A stretch of 64,000 nucleotides of DNA from Fibrobacteria bacterium (GCA_043732185.1 JAYTHY010000023.1:40880-104879); one strand, 5' to 3'; positions 41,432 through 51,276 are shown, numbered from the stretch's first letter. Notes: generated by a model not told the origin, from the letters alone. Numbers and translations are program-made.

Positions 41432-42544
41432 TTACTTATTTGGGTCAGAAGGTGGATCCATCGGCAGAGGAAATTGGGTCGCATTCGTCTTTCCCGAACC
41501 CCTGGATTTGCCCAAATTTTCTACCCAATATGCAGCGATGCCTCCACCTACGCCTAAGACGCCCAAAGAAATCCAAAGCGCCTTGTTGGATTTTCCTTCT
41601 GAAACAGTTGAAGCTGGATTCACACCTGTTTTTTCCTTGTTAGATAGAGTATTAAAAAAAACTTTTTCGTAGTCCAGTAATTTGACCAAATCCTCGGAGG
41701 GCTGGGGAGGAAGTTCCAGCACCAAGGTTTTGTTAATGATGTCATACATAGCCAGTCGATAAATAAGGCTACTCCCGTCGCGGTATAGCCGCGAATATAG
41801 CAAGTTGGAAACGCCGAGTTTTTGACCTAATCCGATCATATTTTCCAAAGACGGAACAACCGAATACCTATTAATTTCCAGTGCGGCCAATAATTCGGTC
41901 AATTCCGTTGGACTCATAAGATCAAAACGCGGATTACCGTAAATCCTAGTGCATACGCGTTCAAAAAACGCCCTAGATTGAAGTGAATTCTCGCTCAGAT
42001 CTATTATGGCGAGCGAGCTTCCATGTTTATTTTTATCCAAATCGGGACTCAATTTGGAGAGTTCAGCAATGGCCGAAACGAAACGTTTGTCCATATTTCG
42101 AATTTGCTCATTATCTGAAGAGCCTTCAGTGGCCAAAACTTTAGTCCACACAATCTTGGCTGTTGGGATATGCAGTAGCTTCAAACTTACGGCGCGAATA
42201 GACCCCAATGGAGACGCTGTGCCAAACATGACATATTCTGCTTGGACGATGCTGCCAATATCAAAACTGCATTGTGGGTTATTGCATGGCTGACGAGGAT
42301 TGATATTGAATTCGGTGAGATGTTTGGCAACGGTATCCCTATTGAGAACCGCCCACTTCCCCATGGCCGACAAATCCTTGCGAAGCATTTCCGAAATTTC
42401 TGGACGTTGTTGGTTGTCGGTTAGGTCAACAAGGTCAAGTACGACAATCCGACCAGCAGCCCGAATGCTATCGGGTTTTGGAGGTATCGCATGGCCTAAG
42501 CCCAGAAGAGAAATTAAAAATAGGAGCGTTGACGAAGCATGCAT
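41432..42544 (-). CDS. Exported protein with two CsgG/TolB_N-like alpha/beta domains and a C-terminal TM/Pro tail
   Basis: Signal peptide; internal duplication (IVVLDL../LAIIDL..; IG..AEYVMFG/LG..SNLLYS); WISLGVLGVGGGIAAYW; PLPMDPP. Confidence 0.65.
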   Translation of the reverse strand: MHASSTLLFLISLLGLGHAIPPKPDSIRAAGRIVVLDLVDLTDNQQRPEISEMLRKDLSAMGKWAVLNRDTVAKHLTEFNINPRQPCNNPQCSFDIGSIVQAEYVMFGTASPLGSIRAVSLKLLHIPTAKIVWTKVLATEGSSDNEQIRNMDKRFVSAIAELSKLSPDLDKNKHGSSLAIIDLSENSLQSRAFFERVCTRIYGNPRFDLMSPTELTELLAALEINRYSVVPSLENMIGLGQKLGVSNLLYSRLYRDGSSLIYRLAMYDIINKTLVLELPPQPSEDLVKLLDYEKVFFNTLSNKEKTGVNPASTVSEGKSNKALWISLGVLGVGGGIAAYWVENLGKSRGSGKTNATQFPLPMDPPSDPNK

Positions 42545-42707
42545 ATGGTTAAAATAGCCAAAGACCGGAAAAATAAATCCCGTATATCAAGAAAGTGAAA
42601 TGAATTCTTTGCATGTCAACACGTTTGTCGCCTCCGGCGACCGATTCTGGGTCAGTGGTGTGTAATGGATTGAAAATCCCAGTTCTTTTTTTAACTTCAG
42701 CCATGTT

Positions 42708-42782
42708 GGCGACATACCCAAGTGGTAAGGGAGAGCTCTGCAAAAGCTTTATTCAGCGGTTCGAATCCGCTTGTCGCCTCCA
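42708..42782 (+). tRNA. tRNA-Cys(GCA)
   Basis: GGCGACA/TGTCGCC acceptor stem, CTGCAAA anticodon loop, GGTTCGAATCC, encoded CCA; TTGAAA..TAACTT promoter-like sequence upstream. Confidence 0.97.
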
Positions 42783-42827
42783 TTTTTCCCCCGTCCCCGC
42801 CTCGTACTGGCCCATTCGGATTTATAC

Positions 42828-43391
42828 TTATTTTGATTTGAAATCAACTTTCACATCAACGGACTCTTCCGGCAACACGTTTACGGACATTTCTTTAGTC
42901 CGTTTACCATTTGAAACCTTGATAACCCGGGTCCCAGCTTCCAGGCGATTGATAGTCAAGACTCCACCGCGCGTCGAGCCCACATCCTCGCCATCTACCG
43001 TAACTTTGCAATTGCAATTCATGGGTACGGTCGTTAAAACAATTGAACCATAGGGCATCAAAAGTTTCTTCTCTATGATGGTTTTCTGTCCCCCGCAGAC
43101 ATTCACTCTTTCATTTACCAATTCCTCACCATTGAGCATAATTGTGAGAGTATGTCTGCCACTAGGAAAAACCATATCCACGGGAGCGGGCCCCAGTTTC
43201 TGGCCGCCCAAATAAACGATGGCCTTCTCGGGCGTGGTTGTAATGCTAACCGAACCAGATTGGCCTCGGGCTGGAGGGCTATCCGGATTTTGGGAACAGT
43301 CTCCGGAAATGCCTGCTCTGGAAATTCCAGGTAGCATAACAGTCAGGGCTAGAACAACTGCATAAACATGAACCTTCGCGACAATGGCCAT
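42828..43391 (-). CDS. Exported PEGA-domain protein
   Basis: GGAGG RBS; GSVSITTTPEKAIVYLGG..G.AP...GRH, plus a second PEGA-like repeat. Confidence 0.85.
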   Translation of the reverse strand: MAIVAKVHVYAVVLALTVMLPGISRAGISGDCSQNPDSPPARGQSGSVSITTTPEKAIVYLGGQKLGPAPVDMVFPSGRHTLTIMLNGEELVNERVNVCGGQKTIIEKKLLMPYGSIVLTTVPMNCNCKVTVDGEDVGSTRGGVLTINRLEAGTRVIKVSNGKRTKEMSVNVLPEESVDVKVDFKSK

Positions 43392-43467
43392 GAATCCTCC
43401 TGGAAAAAAGTCTCTAGAAATATACAGTAAATGTACAAAAAAGCACTTAAGGCTAGAATGATGTCGA

Positions 43468-45417
43468 TTAAAAAGCTTGGGCCAAGTCCAATACCCACTG
43501 GTCATGCTTGCGTTCCGGCCCATCCATCGAGTAATCCAATCGGACATTAAAAATCGACAGTAGCGAGTATCTTAGGCCAAGTCCATAGGCACGGCCCTGT
43601 CCCGAAGCAGTTAGCGGCTTACCCACCTCCCAAATATTTCCGTAGTCCATGAAGGGGACAACCTGTAATCCGAGTAAATAACGCAATCGGCCATCCCGAT
43701 TGATAAATGCCGGCGAAAAAGGGTTGGTTCGAAATTCTAAAGAGGCTAGAAAATAGGCTGGCTCTAAATTTTCTTGTAAACAAACCCCCGTTGCCGCATC
43801 CTTGTTTGGACAAATCTGTCGCCAACCATAACTGCGGACACTTCGCGGCCCGCCAAGGAAAAAACGTTCCGAATTGAGTCCACCAACCCCGAAAAAGCGC
43901 CCCCCATCAAAACGAAATGCCAATTTCAGCCTTTCGGCAATCGGGTAATACAATCCTGTTTCTACCTCCAGCCAGTTATGCCTTCGGCCAACTGGCGCCG
44001 TTATTTGTCCCGTACTGATCAATTGTCCATCCTTGAGAAAGGCACCCCCATTGCCCCAGGTCAAGGACAATCGTACGCCCTTGGTGGTACTGACCACATC
44101 ATCCAGAAAGCTGAAGAAAAGAGAGTTGATGAAGTTAAGATTGAAGGCCCGATCAAGTGCGACTGTATCGATTTTTACGCTTTTACCGGTGAGCTCTGCG
44201 GTTTCCACATCGCGCAGCCAGTAGGTAAAAGATTTTGACAGTTTGCTGGAATTGGTAATGTCAAAATCCCCAGCAAATGGGCCCACTCCTTGTTGTACAC
44301 GACTATCTTGATACCAATCGGCAATCAGATCATTATCGAATCTAAAACTGGTTCTAAAAAATAACGGGGAAGAATACCCTAGGTATGTGCTTTGCTTTCG
44401 CTGGGCAAAGGAGCCGCCGATGCGTGCTTCGTGCAATTGACCCCAAATATTACCGTGCGCCCAATCCGCTGAAACACCTACACCATACTGCGTTTCATAA
44501 AATAGGGAAGCGTTCATTTCGCCTGGAATGCGCTCCTCGGTGGATAAGATTAGCGCGCTTAGATTCCCCTTTTCCTGAATCAAACTATCGCGCAATCGAA
44601 CATAATTGAAAACTCGAGTTGATTTGAGCTTTTTTTCGAATTGGGACAACGTGCCCAATCTCACGGTATCGCCACGACTTAAGCTCAACAAGGATTTAAG
44701 CAACTGGTCTCCAGTGGTGCCATTCCGGCCCGTGCTGTCCCCTTCTCTGGTATTCCTCACTATAAGCGAATCGAATCGAACCGCTGGGCCGGTTTTTACC
44801 AAAAAGTCCACATTGACAAGCTTTCCCAGGGTATCCAACAGTATTTTTTCAGTGGACTCACAGTGCAAAAATCCTGCATCACCAAAAGCACTTAGAATTT
44901 CACGATGGTCACGAAATACCAAATCTTTTTCGTAGGACCGGCCTGGACGACTCCGTAGTGATTGAACGGGAAGGACTGCCTGAGTTTGGTCCGTCGTTTT
45001 CAGGACGACAGCGCCAAACCGATATCGCTCTCCTTCCAAAATCTGCAATCGAATACGGAAATCCGCATCCGTTTTTCCCTTGTGTTCCGCTTTGTGACCA
45101 TTAGATTCCGATTCTAGAATAGGACTCACTCGAAATGCCGCATCCAGGTAACCGATTTCAGAGTAGAGATCCGAAAGTGAAGCAGCAACCTCATCTGACC
45201 ATTCCGCCCAGGACGACTCGGATAGTTCTCGGGGATTTTCAGGAAGCGCGATAGCCGCTTCTATTTTTCTTCTGGAAAGATTCAAATTGCCTTCGACAAC
45301 TAGAATTGTTGCCCCTGAAACAGACTGGACAACCGTGAGAGCTCCACCCCATAAGACAATGGCCCAAAGGAGGGAGGAACCGAATCCCCATTTTAAAATT
45401 GTCGGTAGTTTGCTCAA
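43468..45417 (-). CDS. Omp85 (BamA/TamA-like) outer-membrane protein
   Basis: POTRA-like GYLDA/GFL segments; RFFLGGPRSVRSYG; G.GLRY; terminal Phe. Confidence 0.88.
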   Translation of the reverse strand: MSKLPTILKWGFGSSLLWAIVLWGGALTVVQSVSGATILVVEGNLNLSRRKIEAAIALPENPRELSESSWAEWSDEVAASLSDLYSEIGYLDAAFRVSPILESESNGHKAEHKGKTDADFRIRLQILEGERYRFGAVVLKTTDQTQAVLPVQSLRSRPGRSYEKDLVFRDHREILSAFGDAGFLHCESTEKILLDTLGKLVNVDFLVKTGPAVRFDSLIVRNTREGDSTGRNGTTGDQLLKSLLSLSRGDTVRLGTLSQFEKKLKSTRVFNYVRLRDSLIQEKGNLSALILSTEERIPGEMNASLFYETQYGVGVSADWAHGNIWGQLHEARIGGSFAQRKQSTYLGYSSPLFFRTSFRFDNDLIADWYQDSRVQQGVGPFAGDFDITNSSKLSKSFTYWLRDVETAELTGKSVKIDTVALDRAFNLNFINSLFFSFLDDVVSTTKGVRLSLTWGNGGAFLKDGQLISTGQITAPVGRRHNWLEVETGLYYPIAERLKLAFRFDGGRFFGVGGLNSERFFLGGPRSVRSYGWRQICPNKDAATGVCLQENLEPAYFLASLEFRTNPFSPAFINRDGRLRYLLGLQVVPFMDYGNIWEVGKPLTASGQGRAYGLGLRYSLLSIFNVRLDYSMDGPERKHDQWVLDLAQAF

Positions 45418-45422
45418 GAATT

Positions 45423-48400
45423 TTACCAGAGATCCCAGAATTTGTAGTGATAACTAATGCCAACCTGCTTGCGGACTTGATTTTTTTCGGTTTCGCCAAT
45501 ATGTTCCTCCGGCCGATTTTCGGCAGAAGCTTCCAACATGACTCTATCACGAACACGACGTTTCCATTCCGAACTGTGGGCCACTCTCTCCAAGGGTGGG
45601 CGCCATTCTAAAGCGACCCGGCTCTCCCAAGGATTAGCCAGCTTTTTTTCAGGATGATAGCCGGCCTTGGCCTTGAAACTCATCCCCCATTTTTCCTTGC
45701 TTTCAATGCCGATGGCGATGGGTTCTGATCCGGTGCTGTCTGCGGACATAACGGTGCCAATGCCGGAAACTTGGGTGGATTTGATCCATCCTAAGGAATA
45801 CCTATTCCCGACGCTGGAAAGTTTTTCATTTATAGCCGGTTCCAAAAAGTTCACTACCGCCTCTCCGTAATTTCCGCCACCTGCACCCGCCACATACTGA
45901 TCTGAATAGCACCCGCGGCTTACCGAATTGATCAATGCGGCTGGTTCGATGACATTGCCTGAATTCCCGCCACAATCACTATCATAGGTAAAAGCCATTT
46001 CATCCAAACGGCCATCCAATTTAATGTAAACATTGCAAGTGCGCTTAGTATCCGGCTTGCAATCGTAACGTAAACGTTTCCCACCTTCAACCGACACACG
46101 GCCTTCTTCCACGGTGGCATTCTGCCATTTTAAGTCGAAATCCGTTATGTCATATGATTGGCTGCTCTGTCCCAATTCGCCGGAAAGAGCTGAAAATTGT
46201 CCTGTTAGCAAGGTGTACGGATAGATGCCATGCACTTCAAGGTCACCCTTAAAAAACATGCGTAGAATATCCGTTTCAATCCGATTGGTAGAGCCAGCTG
46301 TTTCCACCGAAATTTGGAGATCGATGGGGTTGTGATGTTGATTGCGCTTGTCGACTTTTACATTGCGAAAAAAGCGCTGGACGTCCCGAAACCCCAGCTT
46401 ATGCTGGAACAGAAAGCCACGCAAGGCAGTCTTTACCTTCAATTGCGCAATGGGTGGTGGAGCTGCTGCGCCTTTACGGCTGGGAGGGGGTAGATGGTAA
46501 GCCAGGGAGAGATTTTCTAGAGTGCCTTGAATATTGATGGGCGCGTGTTGGGATTGGAATTCTGCTTTTCCAATGGTGGCATTAGCGGACAAACCAAGGC
46601 TGTCGATGTGCAAGGACACTTCCGAATTTTGGAGGACCAACTTTTGCAAGTCCGGCCATTTTATTTTGAGATTTTCACCACGTAGATGCGCGCTTAATTT
46701 AAACGGCCCCTGAAAATCACATTCTGCTTGTCCTGTCAGGGCAACACTTCGCGCATTTCTGGCTTCCAGATCTGGTATTATCAGGTGGCCAGAATTTATG
46801 GATAAAGATCCCGCAATAGACTGCGTGTCCAAGCCCGGTACGGCATAGCGCCCCTGTATGAAACCCGAATCCACTTCCAATTTTTGCAGCAACTCATGGC
46901 TAAATGGAAATGCCACGTGCCCCTCCAACCGAAGCGCCTGGATAGTACCGCCTTGTCCAGGCAGGATGCTTTGGCCAGACACTTTTAGGTTTCCATCCAA
47001 ATCACGGAATTCCTGAGCTCGACCGTCAAACTTTACGTGTAATCCATTTTCTGAAATCGCCTTTAAGGAAATATTTTGGACTCTGCCTAAGCATCCATCA
47101 ACTTTGATTGAAAGACTATCATTGAACCAGGGAACCTCAGGTGCGGCGGCGGTACGCATGGAAAGCAGAATGTTATCCCCATCTCCAACTAGGGTCATTT
47201 TTTTGATATGGAGTAATTTTTTAATCGGCTTTATTTCGAGGTCATTCGCCGTGTAGGAGCCAAGAAATCCAGTGCTATCCGTATAAGACAATCGCCCATT
47301 TAGCATGCCACCGTCCACTGGGTAACCAGGACCGAGAAATACTGCGAGTCGGGCGGCATCAAATCTGTCTGTTTCCAGCGCCAAACCTTCCACATCGTGA
47401 ATCTTTAAATGTTGCATTTGGTAGAACTGCCGTCCATGCAACCGAACATCGCCGGAAACTTTAATTTTTGACCCAGCAAATTGTATTTCCGCTTGCTTAA
47501 GCGAGAACCTATTCCAATTCCATGCGCCTTCCATTTTCAAATTTAAATTTTCACCGTTATACCTGACGGCGGAATTAATTACAGCTGTACCGCTCCTGGC
47601 GGCCCAATCCCAAGCAAATGATCCGGAGAGAACGGGCTTTAAGGCCATGATCTTCCCAATTTTTGGGTAGGGTAATTTGTCAATCACAACATCACTGGCG
47701 TTTACTTCCATGCGATGCCTCGCAGGCATGGAATAGGTCAGTGTACCAAATTGTTTATGCTGCGTTCGGAAGTGCAAGGAAACCTGGCGGGAGCTGCCTC
47801 GACGATTTTTCAACTTTCCCCAGTCTACTTGACCCGTCACAGGCCATACGGCATCTTTCCAATACAAACGCGAATCAAGCAAACGGTAACCGTCTCGACC
47901 AATTGTCTGTTTTGTGTATAGGGAGTCGGCTACTGCACCGTATGCACGAGCTTGATTAATCCATGCTTCCCCAACCCATTCGCCATTTTGGAATACGCCG
48001 TTTAGTTTAGCGGTATGATAGGAAATATTAGTATCCGTCCAGGCATGTACCCAGGTTTCACTCGGACTCGCTTGTCCGTCAAATTTGAGTGTCCACGGTT
48101 CGAACTTTTTAAACTTTGCGACACGCCAGGCTGGCGATGAGGTGTCCGATAAAATCGAACCTGGATTAAACTTTATCGACACTGCCGAACCGTCCTTGCT
48201 GCGAATATCCGCGTCCGCGTGCAGGCCCGAATGAAAATTTAGCCGTTGTATTTCCACATCGCCGGGAAGCACTTTGCCGCCTAATTGAATACGCACGCCA
48301 TGGGTAAACCCGGTGAAGGAACCGGAAAATCTCTGTATCCACGCTCTGAAATCTTTTTGTGATGCTACTTGTGATGCTACTTGCGATGGTGCGCTACTCT

Positions 48401-49400
48401 GGATAGGGAATGCAAACCGGCCGTGCAAGGTCACGCTTTCCCCAGAATCTCCGTGTGCCTCAATACCTAGGCTGCCAGAAGAATCCAGTATGTCCAAATT
48501 CGCCTTTACATGCTCCTGTCCAAGGATGGCCTTAGATGGCGTAGTCATTTTAAAATGGGACCGTACTGCAAATTGACTGTCTCTTACAATCCCAGCTTGG
48601 ACATTGATCCCAGTTAGACTGGGAAGAAATGGTTTGGAGAAAAGGCGGTTATAAGGGCTTAAATCTCCAATTGCCAAGTCGATGGAATCCATGCCGCGCT
48701 CTAAATCCAACTTCCGATGGCTGCCCTCCATTCGAAGATAATCGCCGATTAAATTTTGCATCCGAACCTGATACTTTAGCGATTTTCCAAACCATCGGGC
48801 TGAAATCCTATACGATCCACCCATGGCGAATACCGATTTGATTTGACCAGAATCTGCGGGAATCGCCAGAACCAAGCTATCGCATTCAACGGCTGCACCT
48901 TTGGGTCCCTGGGTAAATGCACGTGCGCCTATGACCTTGGCAAACAAGGAGCTATCCCTCCATACTTCCACCTGACCCACACGAGCTTGCAATGAAATGG
49001 GAATTCGAACTCCTGAAAAGGTTCTGGTTCTGTGGCGCTTCCCTTTTATCCCCATTTCCACATCAGAACTGGTATCTGTCGCCAAAAACACCTGGATGCA
49101 TTGCGCACCGAAATCCATAGTCGGACTAAGGCTCACTATACCCTGCCAAACCCTGGTGTCGATATGGAAAGTCCCTGCCTTAATGTTGAATTTTGGCGTG
49201 CGCACCTCTAAGCTATCAGCAGTGAAATTCAATCGCCAGCCTAAGTGGGGATGGGTCATCTGGATATGGGTTTCACCCCAAACCATTTCCCGGTTTAAGT
49301 GCTTATTCAGCCAAATTTTTGCAAAAAGGACACCGCCGGACAAAATAGCCACTGGAGCCAGAAGGACTCCCCAAAGCAACCACTTTCGGAAACTACCCAT
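45423..49400 (-). CDS. TamB/AsmA-like protein
   Basis: 1325 aa, N-terminal TM, beta-rich, amphipathic C-terminal strands, directly upstream of the Omp85 gene. Confidence 0.7.
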   Translation of the reverse strand: MGSFRKWLLWGVLLAPVAILSGGVLFAKIWLNKHLNREMVWGETHIQMTHPHLGWRLNFTADSLEVRTPKFNIKAGTFHIDTRVWQGIVSLSPTMDFGAQCIQVFLATDTSSDVEMGIKGKRHRTRTFSGVRIPISLQARVGQVEVWRDSSLFAKVIGARAFTQGPKGAAVECDSLVLAIPADSGQIKSVFAMGGSYRISARWFGKSLKYQVRMQNLIGDYLRMEGSHRKLDLERGMDSIDLAIGDLSPYNRLFSKPFLPSLTGINVQAGIVRDSQFAVRSHFKMTTPSKAILGQEHVKANLDILDSSGSLGIEAHGDSGESVTLHGRFAFPIQSSAPSQVASQVASQKDFRAWIQRFSGSFTGFTHGVRIQLGGKVLPGDVEIQRLNFHSGLHADADIRSKDGSAVSIKFNPGSILSDTSSPAWRVAKFKKFEPWTLKFDGQASPSETWVHAWTDTNISYHTAKLNGVFQNGEWVGEAWINQARAYGAVADSLYTKQTIGRDGYRLLDSRLYWKDAVWPVTGQVDWGKLKNRRGSSRQVSLHFRTQHKQFGTLTYSMPARHRMEVNASDVVIDKLPYPKIGKIMALKPVLSGSFAWDWAARSGTAVINSAVRYNGENLNLKMEGAWNWNRFSLKQAEIQFAGSKIKVSGDVRLHGRQFYQMQHLKIHDVEGLALETDRFDAARLAVFLGPGYPVDGGMLNGRLSYTDSTGFLGSYTANDLEIKPIKKLLHIKKMTLVGDGDNILLSMRTAAAPEVPWFNDSLSIKVDGCLGRVQNISLKAISENGLHVKFDGRAQEFRDLDGNLKVSGQSILPGQGGTIQALRLEGHVAFPFSHELLQKLEVDSGFIQGRYAVPGLDTQSIAGSLSINSGHLIIPDLEARNARSVALTGQAECDFQGPFKLSAHLRGENLKIKWPDLQKLVLQNSEVSLHIDSLGLSANATIGKAEFQSQHAPINIQGTLENLSLAYHLPPPSRKGAAAPPPIAQLKVKTALRGFLFQHKLGFRDVQRFFRNVKVDKRNQHHNPIDLQISVETAGSTNRIETDILRMFFKGDLEVHGIYPYTLLTGQFSALSGELGQSSQSYDITDFDLKWQNATVEEGRVSVEGGKRLRYDCKPDTKRTCNVYIKLDGRLDEMAFTYDSDCGGNSGNVIEPAALINSVSRGCYSDQYVAGAGGGNYGEAVVNFLEPAINEKLSSVGNRYSLGWIKSTQVSGIGTVMSADSTGSEPIAIGIESKEKWGMSFKAKAGYHPEKKLANPWESRVALEWRPPLERVAHSSEWKRRVRDRVMLEASAENRPEEHIGETEKNQVRKQVGISYHYKFWDLW

Positions 49401-49571
49401 GTGGTCTCTCCAACCATTGGCACAACCATAAGAATTGCCAAGGCTTACACATACCCATGACTATGTTAGCCTAATTTTGGTTTAGGCTCAAATTACTAAT
49501 TCTGTTTGATGCTGTTCTTGGATGCAGCCCCGACAAACCTGTACAAGTGAGAGCATTTTTACTGATTCCGA

Positions 49572-49580
49572 TGATATAAT
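49572..49580 (+). promoter_or_regulatory. Extended -10 promoter element
   Basis: TGATATAAT (TGn-TATAAT) 27 nt before the start codon. Confidence 0.5.
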
Positions 49581-49607
49581 CAAGATCATTTCCAGAACGG
49601 TGCATGG

Positions 49608-49889
49608 ATGGAATTTCACCACAAGCTAAAACTAGCCGTCGCCCTAAAATACCGGTTGAATGAGGATGTTGCCCCCTTGGTGGTCGCTTCAGGACGGGGC
49701 GTCTTAGCCCAGGCCCTGGTAAAAAAGGCGTTGGACATGGATATACCCATTCATCCAGATGGCGATTTGGCTGAGCTACTGGGGGATGTCAATGTTGGCC
49801 AATCCATTCCTGAAGAACTTTATGAAGTCGTTGCGCAAATAATGGCAATGGTTTATAGAATGGACACGGCACTTGAGCGTAAACTATAG
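49608..49889 (+). CDS. Stand-alone FlhB C-terminal (EscU/YscU substrate-switch) fragment protein
   Basis: AVALKY, APLVVASGRG, IPEELYEVVAQIM. Confidence 0.9.
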   Translation: MEFHHKLKLAVALKYRLNEDVAPLVVASGRGVLAQALVKKALDMDIPIHPDGDLAELLGDVNVGQSIPEELYEVVAQIMAMVYRMDTALERKL

Positions 49890-49996
49890 GAATGAAGCTG
49901 GAACGGACGAATGTTGAATCGGAATAGGCAGCATGCTTGCAAAAGCTATTTTGCAAAAAACGAGAGTGGTGTTAGTTTGTACTACTCAGGAATTCA

Positions 49997-50500
49997 GTGG
50001 GGAAGAATTTGAACAGCGAGATTAAAAAAGAAGCAGGCTATGCCGTTCAGCTTCCCAGCGATTTGGAATATATTCCGCCCTTACGTCAATTTATTGCGGA
50101 AATAGCTCGAGTGGAGGGATTCTCCAAAAAGTTCTGCTTTCGAACCGAAATTATCGTAGACGAACTGGTTACCAATGGCATCTTGCACGGATCCCAGGAT
50201 GTACATGCTCCAATTACCATAAATGCCAAGTTTGAAGCCGACCAGCTGAACTTATCCGTTCAGGACCAGGGCGGTACCCGCCAAAACCTTGAAAATTTGA
50301 AACACGCTATTTACAGTCCCAAGCCGCCATCCACGGAAAAAAAGCGTGGTCGAGGATTAGTCATTGTGCAAATGCTGACCAATGAACTAAAAATCGATTT
50401 GGGTGAGAATGGCAATACCCAGGTTAGGGTAGTCAAAACCAGGGATGCCGAGGATGGCAAAGTCCATCGCGAAAAACTCCTCTATGAAAGTGATATATGA
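49997..50500 (+). CDS. RsbW/SpoIIAB-like anti-sigma Ser kinase
   Basis: ELVTNGILHG (N box), DQG (G1), GRGL (G2). Confidence 0.88.
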   Translation: MGKNLNSEIKKEAGYAVQLPSDLEYIPPLRQFIAEIARVEGFSKKFCFRTEIIVDELVTNGILHGSQDVHAPITINAKFEADQLNLSVQDQGGTRQNLENLKHAIYSPKPPSTEKKRGRGLVIVQMLTNELKIDLGENGNTQVRVVKTRDAEDGKVHREKLLYESDI

Positions 50501-51276
50501 GGATATCGCAACAGATCAGCACCCAGGATGAACGCATAGTTCTCTTGCATTTCGATGGGGATTTAAACGCTACCGATTGCGAAGCCACCAGTCGAATCTT
50601 TCAGGAAATCATCGATTCCAAGAAGTACTTCATTATTGCCTTAATGGAAAACGCCACCTTCATGTCTTCCCCTTTCCTGGGCGAATTGATGGGCTGCAAA
50701 CTTCGCCTTGTAGAAAAGGGCGGCAACATGGTAGTGGTCGGCCTCCAATACGACTTACGGGAACGCCTCATTCATATGGGCGCGAATAAGATTTTCCAGT
50801 TTTATCCGGATGTCCATGCTGCCTACAATCACTACAACTGGGAATACACCCAGTCCACGCAAGTAGTCCAGATTTCCTTGCCACCAAAACTCCATGCAGT
50901 GCCCGCGGTACGCCGATTCATTTCCGGTATTGCCAAACAAAAGGGCTATACTTCGCGGGACGCCTTCCGTATTGAGACCATTGTCGATGAAATCACCAAT
51001 AATGCCATTGAGCATGGCGATGCCACGCAACCACAGATTTCCGTGGAGCTGCGCATCGATCGCAAAAAATTTGAATTAAGCGTACGCAACAAGACTTTGA
51101 TGGATAAAGCCAATCAACTTAAATACTTTATTGAAGCGAACAAGGAGCCGAACCAGAGCCATGAAACGCGGGGTCGCGGGATGGCGCTGGTGAAGCTGAT
51201 CAGTAATTCGATCAATGTTACCATCGATCAAAGCGGTACAGAAGTGACGATCACAAAAATGCGAGAGGACAGCTAG
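50497..51276 (+). CDS. STAS plus RsbW-like HATPase fusion
   Basis: GDLNA..FMSSPFLG STAS; EITNNAIEHG; GRGM. Confidence 0.8.
   Translation: MRISQQISTQDERIVLLHFDGDLNATDCEATSRIFQEIIDSKKYFIIALMENATFMSSPFLGELMGCKLRLVEKGGNMVVVGLQYDLRERLIHMGANKIFQFYPDVHAAYNHYNWEYTQSTQVVQISLPPKLHAVPAVRRFISGIAKQKGYTSRDAFRIETIVDEITNNAIEHGDATQPQISVELRIDRKKFELSVRNKTLMDKANQLKYFIEANKEPNQSHETRGRGMALVKLISNSINVTIDQSGTEVTITKMREDS

Noticed and set aside
42613..43053. 146-aa ORF (and the overlapping 64-aa minus-strand ORF)
   Set aside because: Runs through tRNA-Cys and antisense to the PEGA gene
48358..48390. 12-bp tandem repeat (SQVASQVASQ) in the TamB-like gene
   Set aside because: Short in-frame slippage in a linker; not CRISPR-like and not frame-shifting
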